Source: Tubulanus polymorphus
Lineage: Eukaryota; Animalia; Nemertea
Direction of reading: 5' to 3'
Length of the DNA: 64,000 nt
Assembly (NCBI RefSeq): GCF_964204645.1
Contig: NC_134027.1
Location: 18,190,560 to 18,254,559, forward strand
A program made the translations under genes and the position numbers. Below are positions 28,001 through 40,859 of the stretch, piece by piece. How positions within the stretch are numbered: position 1 is the stretch's first letter; every line of letters starts with the position of its first letter. The notes below the pieces were generated by a model. It did not search any database and was not told where the DNA came from. It worked only from the letters and a program-made list of their open reading frames with translations.

Positions 28001-28906
28001 GTTAGAAAAATAAATTTTAACACCAAACAGAGAACTAAAGCTAAAACTGATTTTGAGAAAGATTTCTTCAAGTTAATGAATAATGCATTCTATGGTAAGA
28101 CTTGTGAAAATATTAGAAATAGAAATGATATCGAGTTAGTTAGACATGGTAAAAGTATAAGACATTTACAAACATATCCTAAATTAATTGGTAACAAAAT
28201 ATTTGATGAAAAGTTAGCTGCTGTAAAAATGAGGAGAACTTCTATGAAATTTAATAAACCAATTTATGTTGGATCTTCAGTTTTAGAAATATCAAAGTTA
28301 TTAAAGTATGAATTTTATTATAACGTATTACAACCTCATTTTGGAGAAAAACATATAGAAATCTTATATTTTGATACTGATAGATACATATTAAAGATTA
28401 AAACTGATAATCTAACAAATGATTTAAAAACATTAAAACATCATTTCGACTTTAGCAATTATCCTAAAGATCATGAATTGTTTAACAATGATAATAAAAA
28501 GGTGCCTGGTAAATTTAAGGATGAATTAGGTGGCGAAGAAATGATCGAATTCATTAGAATTCGATCTAAAATGTATTCATATAAAACAAAAACTCATGAA
28601 GCTAAAAAGTTAAAAGGAATTACAAAAAGCGTAGTAGAAAATAAAATTCATTTCAAAGATTACATCAATTGTATATTCAATGAAGAAGTTAGAAAACATA
28701 AGATGAAATGTTTAAGATCTGAAGATCACGAGATGTTTATTGAAGAGATAGAGAAGATAAGTCTAAACCCATTTGACGATAAAAGATTTATTTTAGGTGA
28801 TGGTATACACACAGTCGCGTATGGTTGCAATTTAGATGAATATCTAAAATTTAAAAGGGAAGAGACAAAAGGAAAGGAAATATTGAACAGGATTATAACG
28901 TGTTAA
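25059..28906 (+). pseudogene. Protein-primed family B DNA polymerase with N-terminal Zn fingers and endonuclease VII-like domain
   Basis: YGDFES, RDHDHLNGKFRGAAH..CNL, FHNLSGYDAH, FIDS, YIDANNLYGWAM, KLMNNAFYGKT, YFDTD; many frameshifts and stops. Confidence 0.95.
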
Positions 28907-28935
28907 TCAAATTTTAATAAAAATATGTAGTATAA

Positions 28936-29577
28936 ATGGAGGAACCGTCACAAACTATCAATATTACAAATAGTGTTATAAATATAACCTATAAGAAATG
29001 TTCTAAGTGTGAATTTGATAAACAATCTTCAGAATATTATAAAGATAAATATTCTAAAGATGGTAAGCAAAGTTACTGTAAAAGCTGTACTAAAGTAACT
29101 AATAAATCATTTCATGAAAATTATCCAGATTATATGAGAGATTGGAAAAAATATAACCGTGAACATATCAATCATTATCAAAAAGTAAAATATAATTCAG
29201 ATCCACTATTTAAATTTTAAAAAATTCATAGATCTAGTTTGAACAGAGTTTTCAAAGATTATATAAAATCTGATAGTTCAATTAGTTATTTAGGGTGTTC
29301 TACAGAATTTTTTAGATTATGGATAGAATATCAGTTCGATAATAACATGAAATTTGAGAATCATGGAGAATATTGGGAGTTAGATCATGTTATCCCATTA
29401 TCATCGATAGAAGATGAATCTGAAATAAAAACAATATGTAATTGGAAGAATATTCAACTTTTATCGAAAATGGAAAATAGAATTAAACGTGATAAAATTG
29501 ATAATGAATTATATAATAATCAAATAATTAAAGCTGAAAGATTTATACAATTATGGAATGATATTAAAGGAATATGA
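28936..29577 (+). pseudogene. HNH endonuclease with N-terminal CxxC zinc ribbon, one premature stop (29218-29220)
   Basis: Two ORFs in the same frame; KCSKC..YCKSC; YLGCS..WIEYQF..M..N.G..WELDHVIPLS..NWKNIQ.L..EN. Confidence 0.8.
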
Positions 29578-29942
29578 TTTATTATCGAGATTCCGAAATG
29601 ACTTATCTGGACAATTTATTTGCTCCTATAGATAGACAAAAGTAGTGGGATATTAAAATCATATTCTAATATTTCTTTTCAAAGAATATTTTAAATAGAA
29701 TTCAAATAGAAAGTATTTAAAATTACATATCTTCAACTAGCCATTATTTCTATTATATTTCTATTCAAAATCTAATATTTTCTTTTCAAAAGGGAATACT
29801 TTATATTTTGAATAGATTCAAATAAAAAAAATAACTTCAAATAGCTAGTATTAATTATCAAACACTAGTATCACATAAAGTATTATTCTAGTATCATTTT
29901 ATAATACTTATAATATTTTTTTCGCTTTTTTCTGTAATATAA

Positions 29943-30483
29943 ATGTCAAAGAAATCTAATAAGAATAGTATTGATATTGAAAAAAACCTTGGATGATTTG
30001 GGCATTAGTGATGATAAGGATATTCCAAGCAAAATTGAAAATAATATTGATTATAATATTGATTATGAATACTATTTGACGTGTAAGCATCATCTAGAAC
30101 TATTGATTGCTAGCGGTAAATGTAATGAGTTTATTGGCAAAATTATAAATTTTCAAGAATTAGATAATATGAAACCAGTTAAAGTAATCAAACATTTCAA
30201 AATATATGAAGAAGCTAGATTAGCTAGAATAAATGACTCTTTTAGTGATGGTATAGTTAAATGTTATTCTAATTCATGTAACCAGATAATACCAATCAAT
30301 GATGAATATAAACTATATAGTGATTTAAAAAATGACTATTTAGTTATGACAGAATTACAAAAATGGGTTGGATACGCTTCATTTCAATTAGGAGAAATAA
30401 TGACAGTAATTTCTACTGTGGATATAACATTTTCTAATATCAAACCTATAGAATATAAAGATAATATCGAATCAGATAATTGA
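29943..30483 (+). pseudogene. Uncharacterised Polinton protein (1-nt frameshift in an A run)
   Basis: TAAATG start at 29943 runs into ORF 29971-30483 after a frameshift. Confidence 0.6.
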
Positions 30484-30523
30484 TCAGAAGATATTGAATC
30501 AGGACAAAAATTAACTAAAATAA

Positions 30524-30889
30524 ATGAGTGATGATGTTAAGAAGAAGCCTAGATCCGAAAAACAATTTAAATGGGTGAGGGAATTAGGTAAAAGATCTTC
30601 AGAATTAAAAATAGCTAAGAAAAAGAAATTAACTGATATAAATGAATCACAGAAATTATCTGATATAAATTCGAATGATAATCCATCTGATTCTTCTAAT
30701 ACTGGAAGAAATAATTACTTATATATTACAATTGGGTTAATCACAGTAATTATATTCTCTGGTGTAATATATAAATCTAAGTATGAATCTGATGATAATA
30801 ATGATGAAGATGATAAACCTATTATACCAAAAAATAAATCAAATGATAAAATCATTGAAACTAAATCTAAATTATTATTAACGGCTTAA
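30524..30889 (+). CDS. Small basic protein with one predicted TM helix
   Basis: KKPRSEKQ N-terminus; YLYITIGLITVIIFSGVIY hydrophobic segment. Confidence 0.65.
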   Translation: MSDDVKKKPRSEKQFKWVRELGKRSSELKIAKKKKLTDINESQKLSDINSNDNPSDSSNTGRNNYLYITIGLITVIIFSGVIYKSKYESDDNNDEDDKPIIPKNKSNDKIIETKSKLLLTA

Positions 30890-30895
30890 AATAAG

Positions 30896-31135
30896 ATGAA
30901 AAAAGAACAATATTTAAGAGATTTATATTATAACACAGAGAGTGAAGTATCATATTCTAGTGTTTCAGAATTATGGGATAAAATTAAATCTGATGATGAA
31001 AATATAAAATATAGTGAATTAAGATTAACAAAAACTCTTAAAGGAAAAAAGTATTCTTTGGTGAAATATAAAGGGTACGATGATAAATTTAATGAATGGA
31101 TTTTATCTAGTAAAATTAAAAGAATAAATGAATAA
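30896..31135 (+). pseudogene. Polinton integrase lacking its catalytic core (N-terminus fused to chromodomain)
   Basis: LRDLYYN...SYSSV..LW N-terminus joined to YSLVKYKGYDDKFNEWI chromodomain. Confidence 0.7.
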
Positions 31136-31725
31136 AGATTTATTTATATTTGAACCCCATAATATGTTAGTTACTGGAGTAACCAACCGTGATAAAACAC
31201 ATTTCATATTAGATTTATTAGAAACCATTAATAAAAATCATTCTGATAATATAATATTATTCACTTATGAAATGAATAAAACATATAATAGGGATATAGT
31301 TAAGATAAAAAAGTTTATTATATTAGATCCTAAAGCAGTAAAAGAAAATCTAGATAATTGTATAAAAATAGCAATTGATATTTATAAAGGTTCAAATACA
31401 TTATTCATTATAGATGATTGTGCTAATTTACATGATTCAAAAGTTAGAGAAAGTGAACTATTTAGCTTTCTCTGGGAGACATTTTGGGATAACAACATGG
31501 GTTTTAAATCAAAAATATAATTCAATTGTTAAAGATTTTAGGGAGAATATAAGATTTTTAGTTTTATTCTACAATAAAGATAGAAAATCTATGCAACAAT
31601 CATTGGAAGAAAATCAAATTATACCTACTTAATTACATGATGAAAATATGAATAAATGAAAAAGTAATTAAGGTTCAAAATTACTTCTTAGGCTTCAATT
31701 TCCCTATGAATATAAATTCATAAAA
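31128..31725 (+). pseudogene. A32/FtsK-like DNA packaging ATPase
   Basis: NMLVTGVTNRDKT (degenerate Walker A), LFIIDD Walker B, SGRHFGIT..LNQ; frameshifts. Confidence 0.85.
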
Positions 31726-31762
31726 TGAGACATTTTAAGCATTAATGTATAAGGTACGTGTA

Positions 31763-31895
31763 AGATACATATTAGATACGTATTAGATACATTAATACCT
31801 AAAACCTCCCATTTTTATTAACTATTATTAGGTATTTCGAATAATATGTATTAGATACTTGTTAGATACATATTAGATACATAAATACTTAAAAC
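31763..31895. repeat. Two triplets of AGATAC at 11-bp period
   Basis: AGATAC at 31763/31774/31785 and 31853/31864/31875. Confidence 0.85.
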
Positions 31896-32007
31896 CCACT
31901 TTTTTAATCACTATTATTTTTTACAATTTTCAACCAATATATTATGTGAGATTATAATTACTATCTGAATCACTTTCATTATCAGGCTCTATTTCGTCAT
32001 CAGACTC

Positions 32008-32712
32008 TTACAATTTATTCAAACTATCTACAGAATAAATTATAGTTTTTCCATTATTTGTAAATATATCTTCTATTTTAGATTTCTTAGTGCCTTCATC
32101 ATTATAAACAATATGTTTACCTGTAACTATATTTTCATTGTCATCTTTCTTAGTGTTTGGCTCCAACATTTCATTTACAATGTTTGATCCTAATATTTTT
32201 TTAGCATCAGATAAATCTAATTCATCTTTACGAGGTTCCTTAGATAAAAATTCACCTAATAAATCTTTATATAAATCTTTACCATTTGTTTTTTTATTTG
32301 AAACAAACTTTGTTACATATCTAAATGGGTGTTCTATAAATTCTCTTAAACCAACACGTTTTATAACATTAGTAATATGTACAACTGTGTTCATATGGTT
32401 ATTCCAATTTGTTGGAGCGTTTGAAAATTCACCTTTACAATATTCACAATAATTTCTATTTTCACTATAGTTTAAAATTATTTCATTGGATGTAGAAGGC
32501 ATAACATTATTAGATGTAGAAGGTGAAACATTACTTAAATTATCAACAACTTCACTTTCATTATTATCGATTTCTATTAGTTTAGTTTTATAATTTTTAA
32601 AAATAGGATCAAATATCAAAGCTATATTACAAGGTATTACATAATATAAGCCATCATTATTTTCATGTTTATCAATGTATGGAATATGTTTATATACTTT
32701 ACCGGCATCCAT
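32008..32712 (-). CDS. Uncharacterised Polinton protein with U1/matrin-type Zn finger
   Basis: Intact 234-aa ORF; YCEYC...WNNHMNTVVH; TAAATG start. Confidence 0.7.
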   Translation of the reverse strand: MDAGKVYKHIPYIDKHENNDGLYYVIPCNIALIFDPIFKNYKTKLIEIDNNESEVVDNLSNVSPSTSNNVMPSTSNEIILNYSENRNYCEYCKGEFSNAPTNWNNHMNTVVHITNVIKRVGLREFIEHPFRYVTKFVSNKKTNGKDLYKDLLGEFLSKEPRKDELDLSDAKKILGSNIVNEMLEPNTKKDDNENIVTGKHIVYNDEGTKKSKIEDIFTNNGKTIIYSVDSLNKL

Positions 32713-32749
32713 TTATTATAAAAAGTTTTATTGAAATTAAAATTCTAAT

Positions 32750-34029
32750 ACATGGCACTAACTTATTGAGAATTTACAATATTTAATTGCGCGTCAGATA
32801 TGATATAAATGTGCATTTTGAGTTTTTGCTTCCTTTCTTCTTTTTCATGAATAATTGTATCCCATCTTTAGTGTTCTGTAGCTTTTTACCAGAACCATGT
32901 AATAAGTTATCCTCTGTTGTTCTGAAATCTAACCATAATGCATATTTATTACCGGTATAATCATCAATTTGATTAATACTACAATTTTCAGATGATTTTA
33001 CTTTTTCATTAATAAAATGTCTTATGGCCATTGATCGATCATTCTCATTCCTTGACAGAATAATTTATTTGCTATACCTTCAATTGTTATTTCTACTTTT
33101 GATATTTCCGGATTATAATAATTATCAACATTTATTGCACCATTAGAATATGTGGCAATGGTAAAAATATTAATATTCCTTTAATAGATCTTCTTGGGAA
33201 GTTGATATTTTCATTAATTATTTCGTCATTTGCATTAATAGTTACAGTTTTAAATTTTTCAATATAATCATATAATAATGAAAATCCTCGATGATATTGA
33301 GTTTGAGTTATGCTAGCAATATTTTCATCAGTTACTGTATCATATTCTAAACATACATTTGATAATTTATAACCCATATCTTTAATAACGCCAGATAGCA
33401 CAATTTCACTAAAAGGAGCAAATGTTATCTAAAATATAATATCTTCTTGAATTGCATATTTATATAAAGGTGCATTATTATTTATCAATTCAAAGTATAA
33501 TGGAATGTTATATTTACTACCATAAACCTTTTTTATTAAACTATCTATGTCATTAGCTACTATTGCGGTATGTGCCTCAGATCTTAGTTTATTTTGATTT
33601 AAGGATTGGATGCCTCGAATTATCATATTTTTTCTATTTTCTTTTGTTAACCATGAATCTTTATAATGCATAAATAAATTATAATCATCTAATGAGAAAA
33701 CTGTTTCTGGTCAAATTTTTATATAGTTAATTTTTTAATCAAATATCTTCCAACATTATCAACAATATCTTTATCACCAGTTACTTTAATATCGGCTGAT
33801 AAATGAATACTATTTGGAACATAAAAAGTATTTTGTGTTTATCGAGGAATTCTGACATATAAAGTTTCATCAGGATTAATATTAGATGGATTCGAGGAAT
33901 TCTGACATATAAAGTTTCATCAGGATTAATATTAGATGGATTATGAGTTATTATATGATGAGATTTTTCTGCTTTAATAGCATTTGACATTCTAGAATTC
34001 TTAGAAGGATTTATATAACTCCCACTCAT
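32750..34029 (-). pseudogene. Probable major capsid protein (double jelly-roll)
   Basis: ITHNPSNINPDETLYVRIP, LEYDTV, PRRSIKGIL, LWLDFRTTEDNLLHGSG motifs recalled from invertebrate Polinton capsids; about 420 codons; frameshifts and a 50-bp tandem duplication at 33842-33941. Confidence 0.65.
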
Positions 34030-34089
34030 TTATTTAACAAAAAAATTGATTATTTATTTTTGATCATGTTTATTTTTTATTATGTTTAC

Positions 34090-35795
34090 TTGGTATTTTT
34101 AGCATTGGTTGACGTCTATGACGTCATGCCAATGCTAGTAAAATGGATCGAAAATAGTAGTACGAAAAAAATAGCGCCAACTCTTCTCATTTTCATTGTA
34201 ACTTCAAATTGTCACTCCGTTCACGTAAAACATTAGAAACAGCTGAAAATGACAAAAATGTTTCAATTATTCCCCACAACATAGCGTCGCCAGATTTCTG
34301 ATTTAATGGTCCAAAATGTTATTCGATCACATTTTTCTCGTTCATTATCTGGTAGATGAGAGCTGGTTAAACAATCGCGTAGCGATATGTCCGCATTGAC
34401 ATTGGCAGTAAAGAATGGGGAACAGCCTCTTCTGAATAGAACAACATAAAATTGTATACCTCCGGTTTATGAATATCACAGTGTGTGGATATCACTGTTA
34501 TTCCAACTATCAGTATCCATGGGATTATTTGGGATTAATTCTCAGCGTCAGAATACGTCTTTCTAGAGCAGTGGAACGGCAGCCTACTCGTGACTTAAAC
34601 CCGTAATGTGATCGTGCCGGAACGCCTTTACTAAAGTTAAAACCATTTCATGATGACACGAAACGGTAAACGGTAGGCTACCACCATGATACGATATCAC
34701 CAAAATAAAGATAGATCATTTTATTCAATTTTACCAGAGTTGTTTATTGGAGGAAATTATCATTGTTAAGTTCGCCGAGAACAACCATGATGTATCATCA
34801 ATCAGTTGACTGACATTGTAAAATTCGATTCGGCTATATTCTAATATAAGTTTTCACTTTAGGACGCCCTACCCGCCTGCTGCGCACTCATAAGGCGGTA
34901 GCACCCTCTTAAGCACTCGGCAGAGATTCGCTTTGTAATTCGCGCCGGGAAAAAATACCTTTTATTATCTTTTCCGTGAGTTAAACAACAGTGATTGAAT
35001 TTACGCGGTGTTTGTCGTAAATTGCAATATTGCGATGGTTATTTGCCGCTGCTGTAGTTTTTTGGAATTGAATCGAGCGCCCTCGGTAGCTCAGTGAGAT
35101 AAGGCGTGATGCTGTTGAATCCACTATCAATGCTGAGTTACAAGTGGGTTCGAGTCCTGCTGGCTGCGAAAAGTGTGCGGGCAACACTTCAAAGGCCGTA
35201 CCTTCGTGAGGGTAAATGGACAATCTAATAGGAATAGTCTTGGGGAACCAAGATCCGAACGACGTACGTAAAGCCAAACAAACAAAAAGACAAACAAACA
35301 ATCATCAGCCAGCCTCAGTGACACCAACGCCGGCATCGCTCTCTGCGACGTTTTGTATGCGTACATGCATCAGAGCTTGGAGCTCTAAGATCAGAGGGTC
35401 TTGCAATTGCATTCAGAAAAATCGGTCTGTTTTTGTTTTCATTATTCAGTGGGGCCTGACAGTTCATGCGTAAAAATTGGTTTTTGTATCCAAATCTTGA
35501 TTGATATAAATATCTTGGCTGGGACATGATGGAAAACATCAGAATAAACTAGTTTCGTCTTTTTAACAGAATCGCATTAATGAGGTTAAACAGTACACAT
35601 AGTCTAGGCTAAATCGTTCGGCAGAAAATAAATTCATTTTCAGGAATAAAATCGTACTAGGCAAATAGACCTTTAAGTCTGTGGTCCTCCCAATCAACAT
35701 CATCATAGAAGATTTGCCGGCAGATGTAAAACATTATAACCACTTAATACCACAGTATAATCTACCAATGCTTCAAGGCCCATGGGCCTCTTGTT
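34090..35795. mobile_element. Composite insertion into the Polinton; 34216-34613 is repeated at 58699-59101
   Basis: GC content rises abruptly; near-identical 400-bp segment elsewhere; HINE-like end ggcctcttgtt at about 35793. Confidence 0.6.
35078..35301 (+). mobile_element. tRNA-derived SINE
   Basis: A box TAGCTCAGTGAG, B box GGTTCGAGTCC, (AAAC)n tail. Confidence 0.75.
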
Positions 35796-35799
35796 TATC

Positions 35800-37237
35800 A
35801 TATTAACTAACCCAAAAATAATTGCACTTACAACTTTAATTAAAAATAAGATAATATGTTCAGCAGCAAAGTTAATAATATTTCCAGCAGATTTTAAAAC
35901 AAAACCAACAATTGATGCAATAACTCTATAATAGGTAAAGCTGCAGCAGATTTTTTAGATAGTTCCAATAGATATTTTGCTAATTTTTTTAAACCATCCT
36001 TAACTTTATCTTGTATAGAATTAATATGACTTGGAGGTTTATCCGGTTTATTGGGTGTAGGTGTAGATTTTAATGAATTTGAAATAGCTAAACCAATTGT
36101 TGTAAATAACATAGTTACAGCTTTTAGAATTGAAAGAATTGTTATACCTTCTAATTTAAATAATAATTTTATTCTATCTTTTAATGATATTTCAGTATTT
36201 GGTTTTATTATTAAATCTTTAACAACAACTTTTAATCTATTAATACAATAATCATATGATTTTAATAATAATTTAATTTATTCTTTCTGTAATTCTATGT
36301 TATATTCTAAATCATCTTTTTCTAAATATACATTTCTTTTTTTAAATTCAATTCCTTCAATGAATTTATTATCTCTATCTAATTTTAATTGTTCTATTTC
36401 TTTAATTTCATCAGTTCTATATTTTTCTAAAGTTCTAATTTTAAAATCACTTATACTTTTATCATGCGCAATTTTATCAGATGCAAGTTTTTTACTAATA
36501 ATTTCTCCAATTGCTTTATCAGAAAATATATTTAAATCTTCTTATTGGTGATCTGTTGCATCAATTAATCCATTCGGTTAAAGTTTTTCAATTGTAACTT
36601 TATTTGATTTAAGTTTACTAGTTTTGGAAGTTATATTCTGTTCAGAAGTTGTTTCTGTTTCTAAATTAGTATCGATTGTTTCAAATAATTTTTCAATTCT
36701 TTGTTTAAATACTCTTTTATTTTGATTTATTTCTGTGTCGGTAACATTTTCTATTTCATTAGAATTACTTATTTTTTAATTCTATATGATTTTAAATTAA
36801 TCAAAGTTGATTTTGCTAGTATTTTATTTTCACGTTTATTAGTGATATTAATATAATAATCATCTTTCAAATGATAATAATATTCACCATCTAAAAACTT
36901 TAATTATTGTACTAAAAGTCTAGCACCTTTATTATTTATATTATATCCAGATTCTTCAAACACAGGTTGGAAATGATAAATATATTCATTATATTCTAAA
37001 TTTTGTTTTGCTAAATCTTGATTTTCATTTTCAGGATTTATTTTCGATCTAGTTTTTTTTGTCAAACTCCTCTGTTGAAGGGGCTTTAGAACCACTATCT
37101 ACTAAATTAGAATTATATGATGGTTCATTATCATTATCAATATTAGTATCAGCATCATTATAATCATCATCAATATATCCTTAATTATTATTTCCCATTT
37201 CTCCCATTTCATAAGCTTCTCCACCTTCTACTTCCAT
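35800..37237 (-). pseudogene. Polinton coiled-coil protein with C-terminal hydrophobic/TM region
   Basis: LKDRIKLLFKLEGITILSILKAVTMLFTTIGLAI...KSAAALP; TAAATG start at 37237; frameshifted. Confidence 0.6.
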
Positions 37238-40200
37238 TTATATCTTATAAAAATTAAAATATATTATTCCTCCTACTACAATTCCTATACAAGTTATTGC
37301 TAATTTGGTATTTTCATGGGATTTATTATCATTATTAGTTTTAATTATATCATGTTGGATAATATCAGTTTTTATATTTTCTGTTGTATTGTAATCTTTT
37401 ATTTTAGAATCATTTTCCAATTTAATATTCTTAGTTTAAGTTTCTGTTGATTGAATATGTTTGTTAATTTTTTCACCTTCCATTAATTTTGGAGCAGTAA
37501 TAATATTTTTATTTATATCATTTAATCCAAATGAATTATTTATTGTTGCAGTTTTAATCAAATTATTGTAACCAATTATATTTCCCATTTTTAGGCCAGC
37601 CGTAGACTGAGCCTGTTACTATACAAATGGAGCGAATTTAAATGACATTGTTTCCACACAAAAGGCTCTTTTGCTTGCCAAGTGAGGGCATATTCGAACA
37701 AATCACGTATTTAAGCGTAATCCATTCTCGGAATCGTAGCGAGCAGAATTTTGAAATAGGGTCTCATAAAAATGTTTTCTGCATTTTTCACGAAAGTTAA
37801 ATCGGGAAAATTTCAATTTTTATCAGCCAATCAGGAAGTTGTGTCTTCCCTGTGATTGGTTTATCTGAAAATATCAGCAGCTGTTCACGTGAATTATCGC
37901 GATTTCATTACTGGCGCTTTTGCGCATGACGTCATGTATCAACACGCGACAATACTTCCGCGTTCGCTACGTTTTCGCTGATTGGCCCATTTACTGGGAA
38001 ATTCCACAGAAGCCTAATGTGGTTTGTTACAAGCGCTGTGATTGGCCCGACCCGATTCTGGCATGGCTTAAGCTTAGTGGGTTCGAATCCCTTGACGGGT
38101 GAAGATGATGGATCCTATCAATATCTATTGAAACAAATAAGTTTCCCGGTTGGGCAGCCGCGGATATCTACCGGAAGTGTTCCGGTTCGATATTTCGAGG
38201 TTTCTTTGAATTTTGGAGTGATATTGAAATCCGGTAAATACCAGCGGTAGATTGTGAAAACCCATTGCATGATATTTGTATTACTTAATCAACGAAAAGC
38301 GTCGGGGCCGCGCCAGGAGTTTTCGTTATTCAAGTAGCGCAATAGCCTACTTCTTCGTGTTCGTCCACCTCAATTTTCACTCCGCCGTTCTCTGACACGG
38401 CTCTGTCCCCGTCGGCGCTGTGATTGCACTTTCGTACCACCAAACTTTTTTATTTCTATATCAGGGAGGTCTGGAGAATAAAAAAGTCAAAATTTGGATA
38501 TCACATAGGCCTGATTTCATCGAATAAGTCGACCATGGTCGTTACGTTTCCGTACTTATTACCACCTAAAACCGTCTGAACAATTTTGTCACAACCAACA
38601 TTTCGTTTACAGAAATCAGGTGTTCACGTGAATCCGCGGTATCGTCTACTGTTTTACTTCCGGGTTTTATTTTAAGATTTAAAATTGTATTTCAAGATCG
38701 ATTTCTATGAAATCTTTAGTTGATTTGGTGTTTGGGAGGAATTTTTATTTGCTCTACAGAAAATTCATCCTTGACAATTGCGCAAGGTTCGCGAAAAAAA
38801 GGTTTTACCAAATCGGGTGTATGACCTTGATATGCTAATTAGCCATGTGCCCGAATTGCAAATTCAATCAAATTTTATTCTGCCAAAAAATGTTAAATAC
38901 AATTCGCTTTCCGAGAGTTAATGGTATGCTGCATGGAACAAAGTTGTTTTGAGATGGGTCTTGAAGCTATTGAGGTCGAGAGATAACCATCTAGATAGTT
39001 CGTGAGAGTTCCAAAGTTTTGAAGACGCTTCAAGGTAATGTCTTGATATTTGTTTTATACGTGTATCTACCCTAGACACATCTTCAGGCCAAAAACTGGC
39101 CCTGTCAGATTCAAGATGGCCGACTGGCAGCCATTGTTGTTCGCCAAAATCAGCACTTTTTACACATTTTTGAAGTTTTCGAGGGAAATTTTGAAGACAC
39201 TTTTATCAATAACCTTGATCATTCGTATATATTTGTATCCCCCGAGGGCCCATCGGCATGAGAAAAATTGAGTCGATCGGACTCAAGATGGCCGTACTGT
39301 GACCTTTTTTGTTCCCAAAAATGTCTTTGGCCTCAATTCTGAGTACTGTAGCTTTCTAATGGTGCGCCATGTTTCATTGCAATTTGTAATGGGTATTCTT
39401 TGGAAAGGGATCTTTTATATCCGAGAGGGTATTTTTGACCAGGCAATTATGACGCACTTGGCAGCCATCTTGGGGTCATCAGTACTCATTCGTAGGTGGA
39501 AAAATTGTTTTTCCACATCATAATTGATACTTAAGCATATTTTGCTACTATAATCAATTGGAAAGTTGTAGCTCATGACATGTTCTATGATCGAGGTGAG
39601 TTTCAAGCTCATTGGTTTTTTTTATGGCCACCAGGGGGCGTTGAACAATACAATAACTTAGTATTTCTATATTACATTCGTTCCTGCTGTCTGTGTTAAC
39701 ACACGATTTTACTATGTAAATGATATTGAGCAGGGAGTGTATATTGATAAATATAACCCACAGATTACATCATTTATAAAAAGCAAATCTGACAGGCTGG
39801 CCATTGTGCCCCTTGGGGCTCTTGTTAATATTAAATCATCAGAAATAATTAATAAATTAGGACCAATACAATAATTTAATCTTACATGTGATTTATCTAA
39901 ATAATTTTGATATCTTACTATATTTTCTTATGAATAGAATCTTCAAATAATACTTTGAATAATTTTGTGTATCAAATGATGTATTTAAATTTCCAATTAT
40001 CAGGGATCTGGTTTCAACCCGTGCACCTAGAATATAATCAAATAAGTTCTAATTGATTGATTTATTCTTTGTATACCTGATTTTGTGAATCCTTCACTAT
40101 TTTAAAATAAAATAAACCCAACCATTATTATTTTCTTGTGTTAAATTATCGTAGAATTTAGGTAATTTATTAAAATTTAATGTTTTTAAATATATATTTT

Positions 40201-40837
40201 CTATTTTACCATAATTTATTATTATAGATACTATAAAACTATTAGATGGTAAGGGAAGTGCACAATATTCTGCAATCTTTTAAGGGCAAGGAAGTGATCT
40301 TATTGTTCCAATTTGTGTTCTAAAATCAGAATTATTTATATTTATATTAAATTCATTTCAAATTTTATAAAACTTTGATGAATTAATATTATTATCTAAT
40401 TCCTTAAAATATCTAGATCCTGGTAAAGGGGTCTCTAATTAGTTTAATATTAATCTTATTTGAAAGTTTGTATTAAATCTAAATAAACTTTGAATTAATT
40501 TATATTTAGAATTATTAAAATGATCATTCCAACTAATTCCACATCCTGTTGTTGCACAATAAACTGCAAAATTTAATTGGTTCTGCCAATACTTCATATT
40601 AGATTTTAATAACCATTGTTTTTCATCTTTCAATTTTTTAAAATTGATTATATATACATGAAGTATGTTTTCCATCTTTGCATTAAAATTATTAGTTTCA
40701 GTAACATAAATATCTAAATTGATTAATGAATCTAAAACTTCATTTCTATATGTGATATCTTTATTAAAATCTATTGCTGGAATATTATATTTAATTGATT
40801 TATTATATTGAAAAGCTTTTGGAAAACTATCTACCAT
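37238..40837 (-). pseudogene. Conserved Polinton gene (QLNFAVYCATTGCG family) with C-terminal TM, split by a HINE
   Basis: Reading frame resumes across the insertion (..SDDLIL|KMGNIIGYNN..); ends LAITCIGIVVGGIIYF. Confidence 0.6.
37592..39826 (+). mobile_element. HINE family B (Helentron-associated non-autonomous element), containing a family A fragment at about 39010-39680
   Basis: Inserted in TT without TSD; subterminal IR ggccagcc/ggctggcc; 3' hairpin gccccttggggc followed by tcttgtt. Confidence 0.7.
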
Positions 40838-40859
40838 TTATATAATAAGAAAATTAATA

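Noticed and set aside
29596-29637. SECIS element (ATGA-N11-AA-N20-GA spacing fits)
   Set aside because: The best helix register is offset by two bases from the GA/GA quartet, and no in-frame Sec-type TGA is evident upstream in either copy
35078-35170. Functional tRNA gene
   Set aside because: A and B boxes are present but the acceptor stem does not close, and it continues into a body with an (AAAC)n tail, so it is a SINE
37560-37590. MGN.. myristoylated protein start
   Set aside because: The frame continues on the other side of the HINE insertion, so the ATG is internal
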